Assembly (NCBI GenBank): GCA_976551045.1
Contig: CDPCPM010000076.1
Span: forward strand, 19,406,001-19,470,000
Direction: 5' to 3'
DNA: 64,000 bases
DNA from: Glaucostegus cemiculus
Taxonomy: Eukaryota
Shown: piece after piece, positions 12,240-25,030 of the stretch
Layout: every line of letters starts with the position of its first letter
Numbering within the stretch: the first letter of the stretch is position 1
Notes under the pieces: model-generated
Database searches by the model: none
What the model saw: the letters and a program-made list of their open reading frames with translations, nothing else
What the model was told of the DNA's origin: nothing
Translations under genes and position numbers: made by a program

Positions 12240-13030
12240 TGAGCCGTTATTACAGATGGATGCATAAGATAAACTGAGAAATCATGTTTTCTGAATTTGT
12301 AAGATTCAATATTGAGTTCAGAAGGTTGCAAACCTCACCTTTACTCTTGAATTCTACAACTTGAGTTCTCGGTCTGTGTCAGTCATCCATCTGTGACATT
12401 GGCTCAGCTTGTTTGTTGGTTTTTTTCACACTTTTTTTCTTTCCTTTTCCTCTGGAATTTGAGGACATGGTGAGCCTGACCTGCTGGGTATATCTTTCTG
12501 CTCTGCATTTTGCAACTCCTACATTCTCGTGTCTATGTTTTTTTGTCTTATGTTCTCACTCTCTTACTGCTCCCACTCACTCATTGACCAGACAACTTTG
12601 TTTATAGTTTACCTCCATGATCACCCTGGTTTTACCCTATCAGAGCCATTCCCCCTTCCCCAACCTCCCTGCAGCTTCAAGCGCTTCTTTTCCCTCCTTC
12701 CCAGTTCTGACAATGGATATTCAGCCTGAAAACTTAACTCTGTTTCTCTTCCCTCAGATGTGGCTTGACCTGCTGAGTGTTTCCAGCATTTTCTATTTTT
12801 ATTTAGATTCCAGCATCTGGTGTATTTTTTTACTTTAATTCTCCTCTTACACACCTTCCCTTTCTTTCTCTTTTCTTCCAACACCACCCCCCTTTACATT
12901 GCATCGTAAAACCGATTTGCCTCTAATTTATGCCAATTCTGATAAAAAGAAATTAAGTGTTAATTCTGTTTCTACCTCCACATATGCTGTCTAACCTCCT
13001 GAGGTTAGATTGTTTATTTTTATTTCAGAT
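12240..13030. mobile_element. Cluster of Penelope-like 3' ends (12240-12335 minus; about 12340-12830 and 12890-13030 plus, in tandem)
   Basis: Minus strand encodes LQPSELNIESYKFR, resembling the PLE GIY-YIG ORF end; two plus-strand pLTR modules carry CTGACAA and CTGATAA remnants. Confidence 0.6.
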
Positions 13031-14192
13031 TAAAATGTCTTGAAGGTAGACAATTCCATCTTTCTCCCTCTCTCTATTGGTTGCTAGGATCTTATATTAA
13101 ACAGGAATGGATATGTTCTTAATGGTCATGAACCTGAAAATAATTATGCATTAATTAGTGTTAAACTGGTAATTTTATTGCCAGAATCCACAAGGGAGGC
13201 TAATGTATGGAATAAAAATTCACAAAGGGTAATTGCTGTATAAAAGTAATTACACAGAAATTGGAACACAAACAGATACGATTATTCTTTGTTTAAATCA
13301 CAACATGCCTCACCAGGAACATGTTAATGATGACACAGGATTCAGGGAATGGACAACTATTCCATTTCATGCAAGCTCTTCATTTAATGAGTACCAAAAA
13401 TATTACCTGACAATTAACTACTGAGTACAACTGCATACCATTAGGAAATTAGTGACAACTTCTTCAGCTTTAGAAATGAGAATCACATTGTTACCAGTGA
13501 TATTTTATCTGGAAATATCAGTTGTCAGATTGACAATCGAGTGGGAAAATACTCCGGTTGTTTTCAAAGTAATCCGTGAATGCGGCATGCTGTCTGTGTT
13601 GTGACTGCCCCCATACTGAAATCTTCCATGTTCAAATGTTGGGAGCTGGGTTCCCAGCTGAAGATTACACTTGGGGGTATACTGGAAGAAACAGTTTGGT
13701 CCAGAGGTAGAAAGGTGACCTTCGGGCAGCAGCTGTTCTGCCTGTATAACTCAATATCCACAGCTCTCTGTGGAGGAAAATTTCAAGAGAATCCTCTGAA
13801 GTGTCTCCTTATCTGTTTTCAGTTGCAAACCCCTTTATTCTAAGGCTATTCCCCTATTCCAAACTCTCCATCATCCCCAGCAGGGAAAATCATGGTCACA
13901 GAATCTACCCTGTCAAGCCCTCTGAGAATATTATATGTTTTAATAAGCTCACTTTTCATATTTCTTGAATTCAGGAAGTACAGCCTTAATTTACTCAACC
14001 TTTCCTCATAGGGCAACCTGTTAATCCCAGTGATTAATCTAATGAATCTTCACTGCACTGCCTCTTAAGGCAATTATATACTTTCTTATAAGAGTAGACC
14101 AAAATTGTAGACAACACATCAGTGGTGGTCTCAATAAAGCTCTGTAAATCCTTACTCTTCAATTCCATTTCCCTTGTAATAAATGCCAACAT

Positions 14193-15690
14193 TTAGAACC
14201 ATAGAACAATACAGCACAATACAGGCCCTTCGGCCCTCCATGTTGTGCCATCCATCAAACCACACCTCACTATATAACCCCTTCCTCCTACATATCCCTC
14301 TATCCCACATTCTTCCATATGTCTATCCAACAATCTCTTGAACCTGTCTAATGTATCTGCCTCTACCACCACCCCAGGCAGCACATTCCATGCACCAACC
14401 ACTCTCTGGGTAAAAAACCTCCCTCTGACATCTCCCCTGAACTTTCCACCAATAACCTTAAAGCCATGCCCTCTTGTCTTGAGCATTGTTGCCCTGGGAA
14501 AGAGGAGCTGGCTGTCTACTCTGTCTATTCCTCTCAATATTTTATACACCTCTATCATGTCTCCTCTCATCCTCCTCCTCTCCAATGAGTAAGGCCCTAA
14601 TACCTTAAGCCTCTCCTCATATTTTATACTCTCTAATCCAGGCAACATCCTGGTAAATCTTCTCTGCACCCTATCCAACACCTCCACTTCCTTCCAATAA
14701 TGCAGTGTCCAGAACTGAACACAGTACTCTAAGTGTGGTCTAACTAGAGTTTGGTAAAGCTGCATCATCACGGCTCTTAAACTCGATCCCACGACTTATG
14801 AAAGCTAACATCCCATAGGCCTTCTTAACTGCCCTATCCACCTGCGAGGCAACTTTGAGTGAACTGTGGATATGAAACCCCAGATCCCTCTGCTCCTCTA
14901 CACTGCCAAGTACCTTGCCATTTACCTTGTACTCTGCCCTGGAGTTTGTCCTTCCAAAGTGTACCACCTCACACTTCTCCGGATTGAACTCCATCTGCCA
15001 CTTGTCTGCCCAGCTCTGCATCCTATCAATATCACTCTGTAAGCCCCGACTTCCCTCCACACTATTCACCACACCGCCAATCTTAATGTCATCGGCAAAC
15101 TTACCAACCCAGCCTTCCACCCCCTCATCTAAGTCATCTATAAATATAACAAAAAGTAGAGGTCCCAGAATGGATCCCTGCCGGACACCATAAGTCACAG
15201 CCCTCCAATCTGAGGGTACTCCCTCCACCACCACCTTTTGCCTTCTACAGGCAAGCCAATTCCTGATCCACACAGCCAAGCTTCCCTGGATCCCTTGACC
15301 TCTGACCTTCTGAAGAAGCCTACCATGAAGAACCTTATCAAACACCTGACTAAGATCCATGTAGACCACATCCACTGCACTGCCCTCATCAATCTTCCTT
15401 GTCACCTCCTCAAAGAACTCTATCAGGCTTGTGAGGCAATATCTTCCCTTCACAAAACAATGCTGGCTGTCCCTAATCAGTCCGTGATTCTCCAGGTGTT
15501 CATAGATCCTTTCTAACAGCTTACCCACCACAGACGTGAGACTCACCTGTCTCTGATTCCCTGGGCTATCCCTACTACATCGTTTGAACAAGGGGACAAC
15601 ATTCACCACCCTCCAATCCTCTGGTACCATCCCCGTGGACAACAAGTATTCAAAGATCCTTACCAGCAGTTCAACAATCTCCTCCCTTGC
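14193..15690 (-). mobile_element. Relatively young 5'-truncated CR1 (HER1-like) LINE
   Basis: 301-aa and 199-aa overlapping ORFs: RT (VVYMDLSQVFDKV, QGSILGPLLF, KFADD) and C-terminus (LVRPHLEYCVQFW, TRGHGFK, FFTQRVVGAWN), separated by one frameshift; TTCTATGGTTCTA tail. Confidence 0.96.
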
Positions 15691-15982
15691 CTTTCTTTTG
15701 CTTTCTTGATTACTTGTTGTTCCTTAACACTAATTTTGTGTTGCATTATGCAAAATCACCCATATCTTCCCAAGTGTACATAGTTAATAGTCTCGCTCTT
15801 TCCAAGTAATATTCTGCTTTTCCATTCTTTTTACCAAAGTGAACATTACATTTCTACATTCTATTCTGTCTTTTTGCTCACACACTCAACCTGTCTATAT
15901 CCTTTCCTTCAGAATTTATTTTCCAACATATCTTTGTATTGTCAGCAACTTAAATTTCACTCAGTACTTTATATTTGGTCCC

Positions 15983-16780
15983 TAGAGAACTGGTCATTGA
16001 CTTCAGGAAACAGAGAGAAGTACATGCCCTTCTCTGTATCAATGGTACTGAGGTGGAGATGGCTGAGAGCTTTGAGTTCCAAAGTGTAACTATCACCAAC
16101 AATTTGTCCTGATCCACCCACGTGGACCCTATGGCCAAGAAAGCACACCAGTGTCTCTATTTCCTCAGAAGGCTAAGGAATCCAGCATGTCTCCAATGAC
16201 CCTCACCAATTTTTATAGATGCACCAGAGAAAGGATCCTATCCAAATGCATCACAGCTTGGTACAGTAACTGCTCTGCGCAAGACTGCAGGAAATTGCAG
16301 AGAATTGTGAATACAGTCCATTCTGTCACAAAAACCAGCCTCCTCTCCATTGACTCTATTAACAATTCTCGCTGCCTCGGGAGAGCAGCCAACATAATCA
16401 AGGACCCTCCCACCCTGATCATTCTCTCTTCTACTCTGCTCCTGTCAGGCAGAAGATACAAAAGCTTGAGAACGTGTATCATCAGGCTCAAGGACACCTT
16501 CTATCCTGCTGTGATAAGATTATTGAATAGACTTTTTATATGATAAAGGTGAATTCTTGATCTCTTAATCTACCTCATCATGGCCCTTGCACTTTATTTG
16601 TCTACCTGCACTGCACTTTCTCTCTAACTGTAACACTCACTTCTGCATTCTTTTTTTTCCTTTTCTCCTACCTCGATGTACTTATGTATGAATGATTTGT
16701 CTGGATGGCATGCAAACAAAAGCTTTTCACTGTATTTTGGTACATGTGACAATAATAAACCAAATACAATTACCAATTAC
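15983..16780 (+). mobile_element. Rex1/Babar-like LINE 3' part
   Basis: ELVIDFRK...LTNFYRCTRERILSKCITAWYSNC...RLKDTFYPAVIRLLN, then 3' UTR and AATAAACCAAATACAATTACC tail. Confidence 0.92.
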
Positions 16781-19321
16781 TAAAATTACTCTATCTAGAT
16801 CATTGATAAAAATAGTAAGTAGTTGAGTCACAAGCATAGTTCCCCGAGGCATTTAGTTATTTATAGCTTGCATTTGGAAAATGACCCAACATTCCTTATT
16901 CTATTTTCTGTCTCTTAGCCAATATATTCCATGCTAGTATACTACCTTCAGCCCCATAACCCCTCAGCTTTTGGAAATCAAAATGCATTACACGCATTTG
17001 CTCCTTTTTATTCACCCTACTCAGTATATTCTTTGTGAAATAATTACCCTTTAGAGAGCCATGTTGACCATATCTAATCTCATTATGCTTTTCTAAGTGT
17101 TCTGCTGCCACTTCTTTAATATGGATTTCAGCATATTCCTCTTGCTTTGTAACTTCCTCTTTCCTTGGGCAAGGTATTTGCTATTTTCCACTCTTCCCGA
17201 ACCATTCCAAAATTGAGACAATCACAACTAATGTATCCACTACCTGTGCGGCCAGAATCCAAGTGATCAGGTCCAGGGGCTTTGCCAGTGCTCTGTCCTA
17301 TTAGTTTGCATAATACTATTTCTCCAGTGGCATTACTTATTTTAAGATCCTCACTCTCTGTTGATGACCTGATATTCTTGAGCTAGTTTAGGGATCTGGT
17401 TTGGTTTTGCATTGTTTTGTGCACAGTAATAAGGTAAGTTGGTTAAGATAGAAATGCTAATTCCAGAATTCTGGGAACAAAATAACAATGACAGAACTGC
17501 AGATGCAGTTACTAATATGGAAATCAGCCAATAATAGTGGTAAGGATGGTATAACTTGTGAATTGTAAATTGCCACAAATTCCTGACTGATGTGCTTTGT
17601 TTCTTCATTCACCTTGCAGAAATAGAAGCTTGCTCTTAATTTTCTTTTGATTTGTGCATGGAAGTACCATTAAATGCACAGCAGAAAGGTTAGCCCTTCT
17701 AATGACATAATAAATGTTAATGGCTGTCAGTCACACTCTACAACCTCGAATATTAACTATTGTAAGTATGGGAACACACTCCTTTGAGTTGTGAGTGAGT
17801 AGAGAAGATTTTTAAAATGAAATATTTAATATGTTCATTTTGATTTACCTCTTTTTTCTCTTTTTTCTTTCTTTTAGTTTTTTTTTATCCCTCCTCTCTA
17901 TTTTCCTTTTCCATATCAATTTTGCTATTGAATTTACCTGGCCTAATTTACTCTCCTTTTCATTCATTATGTTCACTTCTCAGTCCTAGAATCATAATTG
18001 TAAAGGAGAAAGAAAGTTTGTTCTATTATTCACCTTGGTCCCAGATGCTGTGTCTTTATCAGCTCACAATTCCAGCAACGTGTATGATTTTCTTTAAAAC
18101 CTAAATGATACAAACGTACGTATTTAAGTAGCATGTTGTGATTTGATCCATCAAAATCTGGGACATTCTTAAGCAGATTCACTAAGTTTAAAAAGAATCA
18201 TTTTTTAGGAAAATGTCATTCTTATGTTTATCAAAAATGAGTTTAATGATAATTGTGATAAAATATGTTTAAGTCACTTGTAAATCATGCTATCAAATGT
18301 CATATACAAAACTCTTCCATAATAAATATCTGAAATTCTCTTCTGTAACTAAATCAATTTTCCCATTATAACTTTTGCACTTCATTGCTTATGCTCAGTA
18401 TGCATACATCAAATATGCTACTGCAGTACAATGCTAATCTATCTGTAAATCTGTCAGATTCAAATTAGCTAATATTACATGTTGGCTCTACTATTTATCA
18501 ACTTTGCAAGCTAACTTCTCTTTTATTCTCTAATGCCAAATACACTGACCTGGATACTTTTCCTTGTCCCCATTTTCTGACATTTTGTAACTCAAACTCC
18601 ATTCACATTCTCTCACTGAAACCTCTTTACTAGGATCTCATAGATCATTGGTACTCTGGAGTATTTTGGTTTCCTTGGTTTTCCCTTTGCTTTTCCCTCG
18701 GAGTGCTTTTAAACCCCAAAAATACCATGCCCAATTTTCTTCATCTTGTTCCAATATCTTTTTCATACTGATGGATTCTTACAGAATGAATATTACCTCT
18801 TTAATGTTTCTATAAGTGGAATGGGGTGAGATGAGACTAAAACTTGATAAATTTTTACAATTTGATATAATTTGTAAAATTATAATATCATATTTTATTT
18901 TCTTAACAATTAAACATTGACTAAGTGAGATCATTGACTTGCCCCCCAGTGCTCCTGTCCCAATATCATATTTCATGACAAGCAGTTTAATAGAAAACTT
19001 CAGAATGCTTTCAAACCACACAGGTACATTTACCTAATACATACACTTATGTCATATATATCACAAATATATAAATAATGTACCTAATAATCAAAAACGC
19101 TAATATTTTCCTGCTTTACCCACCTGCACACTGAAAGGTTGATGTCCATAAATATGGGTCATGTGAAGCTATGCTTTGAGATTACATACTCAATGACTCA
19201 GACTTTTTCTCATTTTTATTTAATAATCATAAATGCAATTAGCCATCTCTGGATTTTAGATTATAGCATGAATGTGTCTGGTGATTAATATCCCCATTGC
19301 CATCTTAAAGCATGAGCCATT

Positions 19322-19972
19322 CAGGGGAAAATTACAGGCAACATTACAGTGGGCAATAGGGGGTTTGGTCTTAAATATGCCAAGCAGAATATTGACCTAC
19401 AATTCAGTCTGTAATTAAATGGGCCAGATGCAGAGATCTTTCTCACTGCCTCTCCAACCCTTGATCTGAACAGTAATTGGGTCTCAGGAGGCAATGTGGT
19501 ACCCCCATTCCTGAAACACCCAGGATAGGATTTCACCAATAACAAGGCCAAGGCTGAGGCTTTGCTTGCTGTGAAAGCAGTGAAGCATTATAATAACTTT
19601 TAAATGTCTAATATTCTGAAACATTTTGAAATAACTAATAATGAAGTAAATACTTTAAAAAATCTTTTCAAGGTGAAAAAGATTAATTAAGATACATAGA
19701 ATTACTTGTAAGTATATTATAACATCATTAAACTAAAACAAAATAGTTAAAACAAAACTTAGTTTACCCTTAGCACCCTAAATCTGTTACGATGGATCAG
19801 GGTAACAGATACAGTATCTTCTACCATTCAGTACGTCTTGGATTTCTACTCTTGAAAACTCATGGGGAAATCCAAGATTTATAGTCATATGATGCCAAGT
19901 GCTGGCTGTTCTTGTTCAGAACAGTCAGGCAAAGTTCAGCAAGACCTGATTTATGAAGGAATTCCTGCCCTG
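19322..19972. mobile_element. Putative old non-autonomous DNA transposon (MITE-like)
   Basis: Imperfect TIRs CAGGGGAAAATT...AATTCCTGCCCTG, an AT-rich core and internal hairpins; no clear TSD. Confidence 0.35.
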
Positions 19973-22159
19973 TATCCAGTCTTGCTTCAACATATACATG
20001 AGAAAGGGTATTTTGCACATGCAAGCCCCTGAGGACACATCATATAAAATTGAGCTCCAAGTTATGAAATTATAACACAGATACAGACCAATGGAGAGGA
20101 AAAAGGCTATTGGTCCAAAAAGTGGGAAAACTAAAGATTGCAATGACACTTCTGGGAAAAAATGGACATTGCCCATTAGAAATGAAAGGTTATAAAGACC
20201 GCTAAAGAGAACAGCTTTTTTTCCTTCAGCAATCTGCATTTAAAACTGGCTGGTGATGGAACTAATGTCAATCATGCAAGACTGTGGCTCAGGATTTAAT
20301 TGATGACAAGGGACCATATCTGCAGTGATATAATATTACTTGACATTGAGAGATTGCAGTCACCTTAAAGTAATATCCTCTCACTCGGCCCTGCTGCGCT
20401 CTGAGCTGAGGCCTATATACACACAACTCTCTCAGGGATCAATCTGCCAATGATCTGGTGAGGCATGGCATCTGGTGACTAACTAGATGACCCTTTCCAA
20501 ATGCAATTCCCTCATGTCTGAGAGGTTTTGCCTTTAAGTTAAAATTAAGCATGCCATTATCAGTTGTCTTTGAACCTTTCTCTTTGATCAAATGTTAAAT
20601 CCCATGCTCCCTCTCCCCTGGCCTGAACAGACAGAAATTCAGTCCCAGTTATCCCCCCACTTTTGTCTGGTACTTGTGTCAGTCCTTTGATACTACTCCA
20701 TTGTTACATAGTCACATTGAGTGTCACAATTCAAATGGGAAAATATAAATTTCAAGACTTGCCATTACTTTCTTGGTTCTTTGAATAGCTCTTTCTTAGT
20801 TTTGTTTGTTTTGGCAGCTTGAGTTGGTCACAATATTGTTAATAATGAAATGCCATTCTGCAACCAAAATAGTTCTCAAGACAATTTCAATTGAAGTTGT
20901 TCTGCTTTTTGTTTGCATTTCTGAGTGCTCTTTTAATGGTTTATAGCTCAACAGCTATTTGACCATTATAAATCCAAACATCTTAGTTGTCACTGCCTTG
21001 TAAATTTTATAGATTTGTAAATAGTCCCTAACTACAGAATGAGGGAAAAGAAAAGAGATGGTTAATCTCAGTAACCTTTTCTCTGTCTCTGTATTCTTAG
21101 ATCTTGTATATTTACAATGACCTTAGTAATTTCATGGCAGGCTGTGACATGAAATTTTGCTCTACCTCTGGGTATGTGGGTATAAACTGTACAGCTACCT
21201 AATCCTTTTAAGGTAGGTACAGTTTGTATATCAGTCCCATTTCACTCTTAAATGGGCTGTTTAGCAAACAAGCAGTACAACCATAAAGAAATGGTCACTG
21301 GCTTTAAATTGGTTTTTAATTTAGGCGATAACCAAATAGAGTTGGTTCAGCAGACCAAGAGATTAGACACAGAACAATTTGTATATAATTCTTGTCTATT
21401 CAGCAGGGTAAGGGTTATTGATCATTAAATATGGACAAGGATTATTCACAGAGTAACACTACAAAGTGTCATTTTCAGCTGTGTAATGATTCTACGTTTG
21501 CTGGCACAACAAACTGGAATGCAATATTAAATAGTTTGACAAGTAGCTATCTTGGTGGATAAATTGAATAATTTTTTGAAAAAATTACAATATATTGTAA
21601 ATTAAGTAAGGTGACAGTTTACAGTTAAGATTGTTGGCTGCTGTTTATTGGATAATAAATATTATTTGTTTGAATGATAATTTAATTAAACAATTGGGAA
21701 TTAACATTATCAGAATATGGTCCATTTGGCAATTTTAATGCTTTCATTGAAATTGATGCAAATATATTAAAGTTATGTGAACATCGCTTTTTAATTGGGT
21801 GAGATAGTGTTGTGGTGTAACTGGATCTGCTAATGATAATATTAACCTTTTAATTTCATTTTCTTTTTCTTCTGTGTATAAACTCCATGGTTTTGGCAAA
21901 GTTCCTTCATTTTCTACAAAGATGAACAACACTAACATTTATGCTCATTGCCAGATACTTCTGAACTCCTGATCTCTCAATTCACGTAGCTCTTGATTAC
22001 ATGCCTCATCTTATACATTTCTGAACTCTCCATACACCTTCTTATGCCTCTTTTCATGATCATTCTGTTCCTGAGCAGAATGATCCCACCCACCTGGCAA
22101 TTAATTCCTTTTTCCTTCTTTGTTTACTTTCTAAACATCTAATAAGTCATCAGTTGCTT

Positions 22160-22640
22160 ATTTTAATTCATTTTGGGGGATCTGGGTTTGCCTAGCTAAA
22201 ATATAGCTTTATTAGTCACATGCACATTGAAACACACAGTGAAATTCATGTTTTTGTGTCGAGTGTTCTGGGGGCAGCCCCCAAGTGTCACCACACTTCC
22301 AGCGCCAACGTAGCATGCCCACAACTTCCTAACCCGTATGTCTTTCGAATGTGGGAGGAAACTGGAGCACCTGGAGGAAACCCATGCAGACACAGGAAGA
22401 ATATACAAATTCCTTACAGATCGTGACTGGAATTGAACCAGGGTCGCTGGCGCTGTAATAGTGTTCTGCTAACTGCTTCACTACCACGCCTGTCCATCTC
22501 CAATTGCCAATGAGAAGGTAGGGTGAACCATCTTCTCAAATTCCCAGTAATTCTGATGAAGTTGCTGCCATAATGGTGTTGAGGAAGGTTTAGATGAGGA
22601 GGCTGCCCTAAAGAACTCCTGCAGTGATGTTCTGGGGCTG
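22160..22640 (-). mobile_element. Internally deleted 3' end of the 4010-5465 LINE family, split by a V-SINE
   Basis: CCATCTCCAATTGCCAATGAGAAGGT is antisense to the 5390-5410 tail; AACTCCTGCAGTGATGTTCTGGG is antisense to about 4480-4505. Confidence 0.6.
22200..22490 (-). mobile_element. V-SINE with Rex-type tail
   Basis: Head and V-domain as at 8980, but the 3' half matches 50360-50485. Confidence 0.92.
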
Positions 22641-22647
22641 CTCACTT

Positions 22648-24430
22648 CAGAATCAGAATCAGGTTTATTATCACTGGCATATATCATGGAATTTGTTTTG
22701 CAGCAGCAGGACAGTGCAAGACATAAAAATTACCATAAGTTACAAAATTAAATAAATAGTGCAAAAGATAAGATAAGATAATTTTATTCGTCACATGTGT
22801 ATCGAAACACACAGTGAAATGCATCTTTTGCATAGAGTGTTCTGGGAGCAGCCCGCAAGTGTCGCCACGCTTCAGGTGCCAACAATTATGAGGTAATAAT
22901 GGGTTCATGGACCGTTCAGAAATCTGATGGCAGAGGGGAAGAAGCTGTTCCTAAGGCATTGGGTTTGGGTCCTCAGGCTCCTGTACCTCCTCTCCGATGC
23001 TAGTAAGAAGAAGGTAGGTCCCAAATGGTGAGGATCGTTAATGATGGATGCCACCTTCTTGGGGCACTGCTTGATGTCTTCAATGATGGGGAAGGTTGTG
23101 TCCGTGATGGAGCTGGCTGAGTCTACAGCCCTCTGCAGCCTCTTTCAATCTTGCGCATTGGAGCATCCATACCAGGCGGTGATGCAACCAGTTAGAATGC
23201 TCTCCACCGTGCAGTTGTACAAATTTGCAAGGGTCTTTGGTGACATACCAAATCTCTTCAAACTCCTAATGGAGTCTAGCTGCTGGTGTGCCTTCTTCAT
23301 GATTGCATCAATGTGTTGGGCCAAGATAAATCCTCAAAGATGTTGATACCCAGGAATTTGAAGCTGCTCACCCTTTCCACCGCTGACTCCTCAATGAGAA
23401 CTGCTGTGTGTTCTTCTGACTTCCCTTTCCTGAAGTCCACAATCAATTCTTTGATCTTGCTGACATTGAGTGTAAGTTTGTTGTGACACCACTCAACTAG
23501 CTGATCTATCTCACTCCTGCATGCCTAATCATCACCATTTGAGATATCTTCCAACAACAGTGGTGTCATTGGCAAATTTATAGATGGTGTTTGAGCTGTT
23601 CCTAGCCACACAGTCATGAGTGTAGAGAAAGTAGAGCAGTAGGGTAAGAATGCATCCTTGAGGCGTGCATGTATTGAGAAGGAGGTGTTATTACTGATCT
23701 GCACTGACTGTGGTCTCTCGATGAGGAAGTTGAGGATCCAGTTGCAGAGGGAGGTACAGAGGCCCAGGGTTTGAAGCTTGTTGATGAGTACGGAGAGGAT
23801 GATGGTGTTGAACCCTGAGCTATAATTGATAAACAGCATCTTGATGTATGATTTGCTGTTATCTAGGTGCTCCTGAACCGAGTGGAGAACTAGTGAGATT
23901 GCATCCACTGTAGACCTGTTGTGGTGGTAGGTCCAGGTCCCTGTGCTTCATCACAGTAGATGTGAGTGCTACTGGGCGATAGTTGTTGAGGCAGCTCACC
24001 CTGCTCTTCTTGGGCACCAGTATGATTGATGCTCTTTTGAAGATAGGTAGGAACCTCAGGCAGCAGCAGTGAGAGGTTGAAGATGTCCTAGAACACTCCA
24101 GTCAGTTGGTTGGCACAGGTTTAGGGCCTGATGCCTTGCAAGGGTTCACCCTCTTGAACGATGTTCTGACATCGACTTCTGAGACAGAGATCACAGGTTG
24201 CCAGATGCTGTGGGGGTTTGCACAGGCCTAGTGTTACTAGTCTTTTCAAAGCATGCATAGAAAACATCAAACTCATCAGGGAGTGAAGCATCACTGTCAC
24301 TTATGCTGTTATGTTTCACCTTATAGGAAGTAATGGTATTCAAACCCTGCCACAGCTGTCGTGCATCCAATTGTGTCTCTCACTTCACACAGAATTGCCT
24401 TTTTGCTCCCACAATGGCTTTGCATTCTCT
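22648..24430 (-). mobile_element. Rex1/Babar-like LINE, (ATTCTG)n tail subfamily
   Basis: [35 protein letters not shown]...[16 protein letters not shown] and KFAND motifs; CAGAATCAGAATCAG terminus. Confidence 0.92.
22766..22883 (-). mobile_element. 5'-truncated V-SINE (Rex-type tail only) inside a LINE 3' UTR
   Basis: (AGATA)3, then ATCGAAACACACAGTGAAATGCATC...GTCGCCACGCTTC. Confidence 0.88.
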
Positions 24431-24489
24431 TTAATCATACTGGGCATTCAAGATTAATGTCCTGTTGTTAATATACAGTACATATTTTA

Positions 24490-24735
24490 TCATAGTTTTA
24501 AGATAATAGGTAAAAAAAAGTCAAAGGAGAAATAAAGAGAATTGTTTGACGAATGTACCAGCTTTAATGATGATGGACATAGAATCAAGAGAAGAATCCA
24601 AAAAAGAATTGGCTATGTATACCTGAAAAATTGCAAGGATGGGCAAACAAAAATGGAATAAACTTAATGAGAAATTCTTTCAAAGACATGTAGGTCTGAA
24701 TTGCCTTCTTCCATGATTTTAAGTTCTATGTTTCT
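24490..24735 (+). mobile_element. Very old CR1 3' end
   Basis: TTTAAGATAATAGGTAAAA...GAATTGGCTATGTATACCTG...GGTCTGAATTGCCTTCTT. Confidence 0.5.
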
Positions 24736-24741
24736 GCATTT

Positions 24742-25030
24742 AATAACAACTCTCATTTGCATAGGAGATGCTTCCAAAAAGTACAATCAGATAAAAAGGG
24801 ATGGTGAATCCAAGAAGGATGAACAGGGTTGACCAGAAACTTGGGCAAAGGGGTGGAAAATAGAGAGGTGCTGAGTTGGAAAGGATCGGAAAGAGAATTT
24901 CAAGTGTGAGACCTGGGTGGAAGAAAACACGTCTGTCAATGGTAGAACACCGTAGGAAACAAGTTGGAAGATGGCAGGATTCAAGGGATAGTCTGGGAAT
25001 GAGATAAGACATGGAGGATGATGCATGGAT
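24742..25030 (-). mobile_element. Old L2 LINE 3' end
   Basis: AACAACTCTCATTTGCATAG...TGACCAGAAACTTGGGCAAAG...AGAGAATTTCAAGTGTGAGACC resembles a recalled antisense L2 tail. Confidence 0.55.

Larger units (their letters stand above)
13760..17330 (-). mobile_element. Old CR1 host element, interrupted by a young CR1 and a Rex-like LINE
   Basis: Collinear pieces at about 13760-14192, 15691-15982 and 16790-17330 (HLEKHNEIRYGQHGSLKG...FDFQK). Confidence 0.7.

Noticed and set aside
14193-15645. Longest ORFs (301 and 199 aa) as a host gene, retron or other RT-based system
   Set aside because: Standard CR1 ORF2, 5'-truncated and frameshifted, with a CR1 tail and many paralogues in the window.
21181-21228. 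let-7 or miR-196 family microRNA (AGGTAG in the stem)
   Set aside because: No match to the mature sequences I recall, and the stem is short for a pre-miRNA; retained only as part of the hairpin array.
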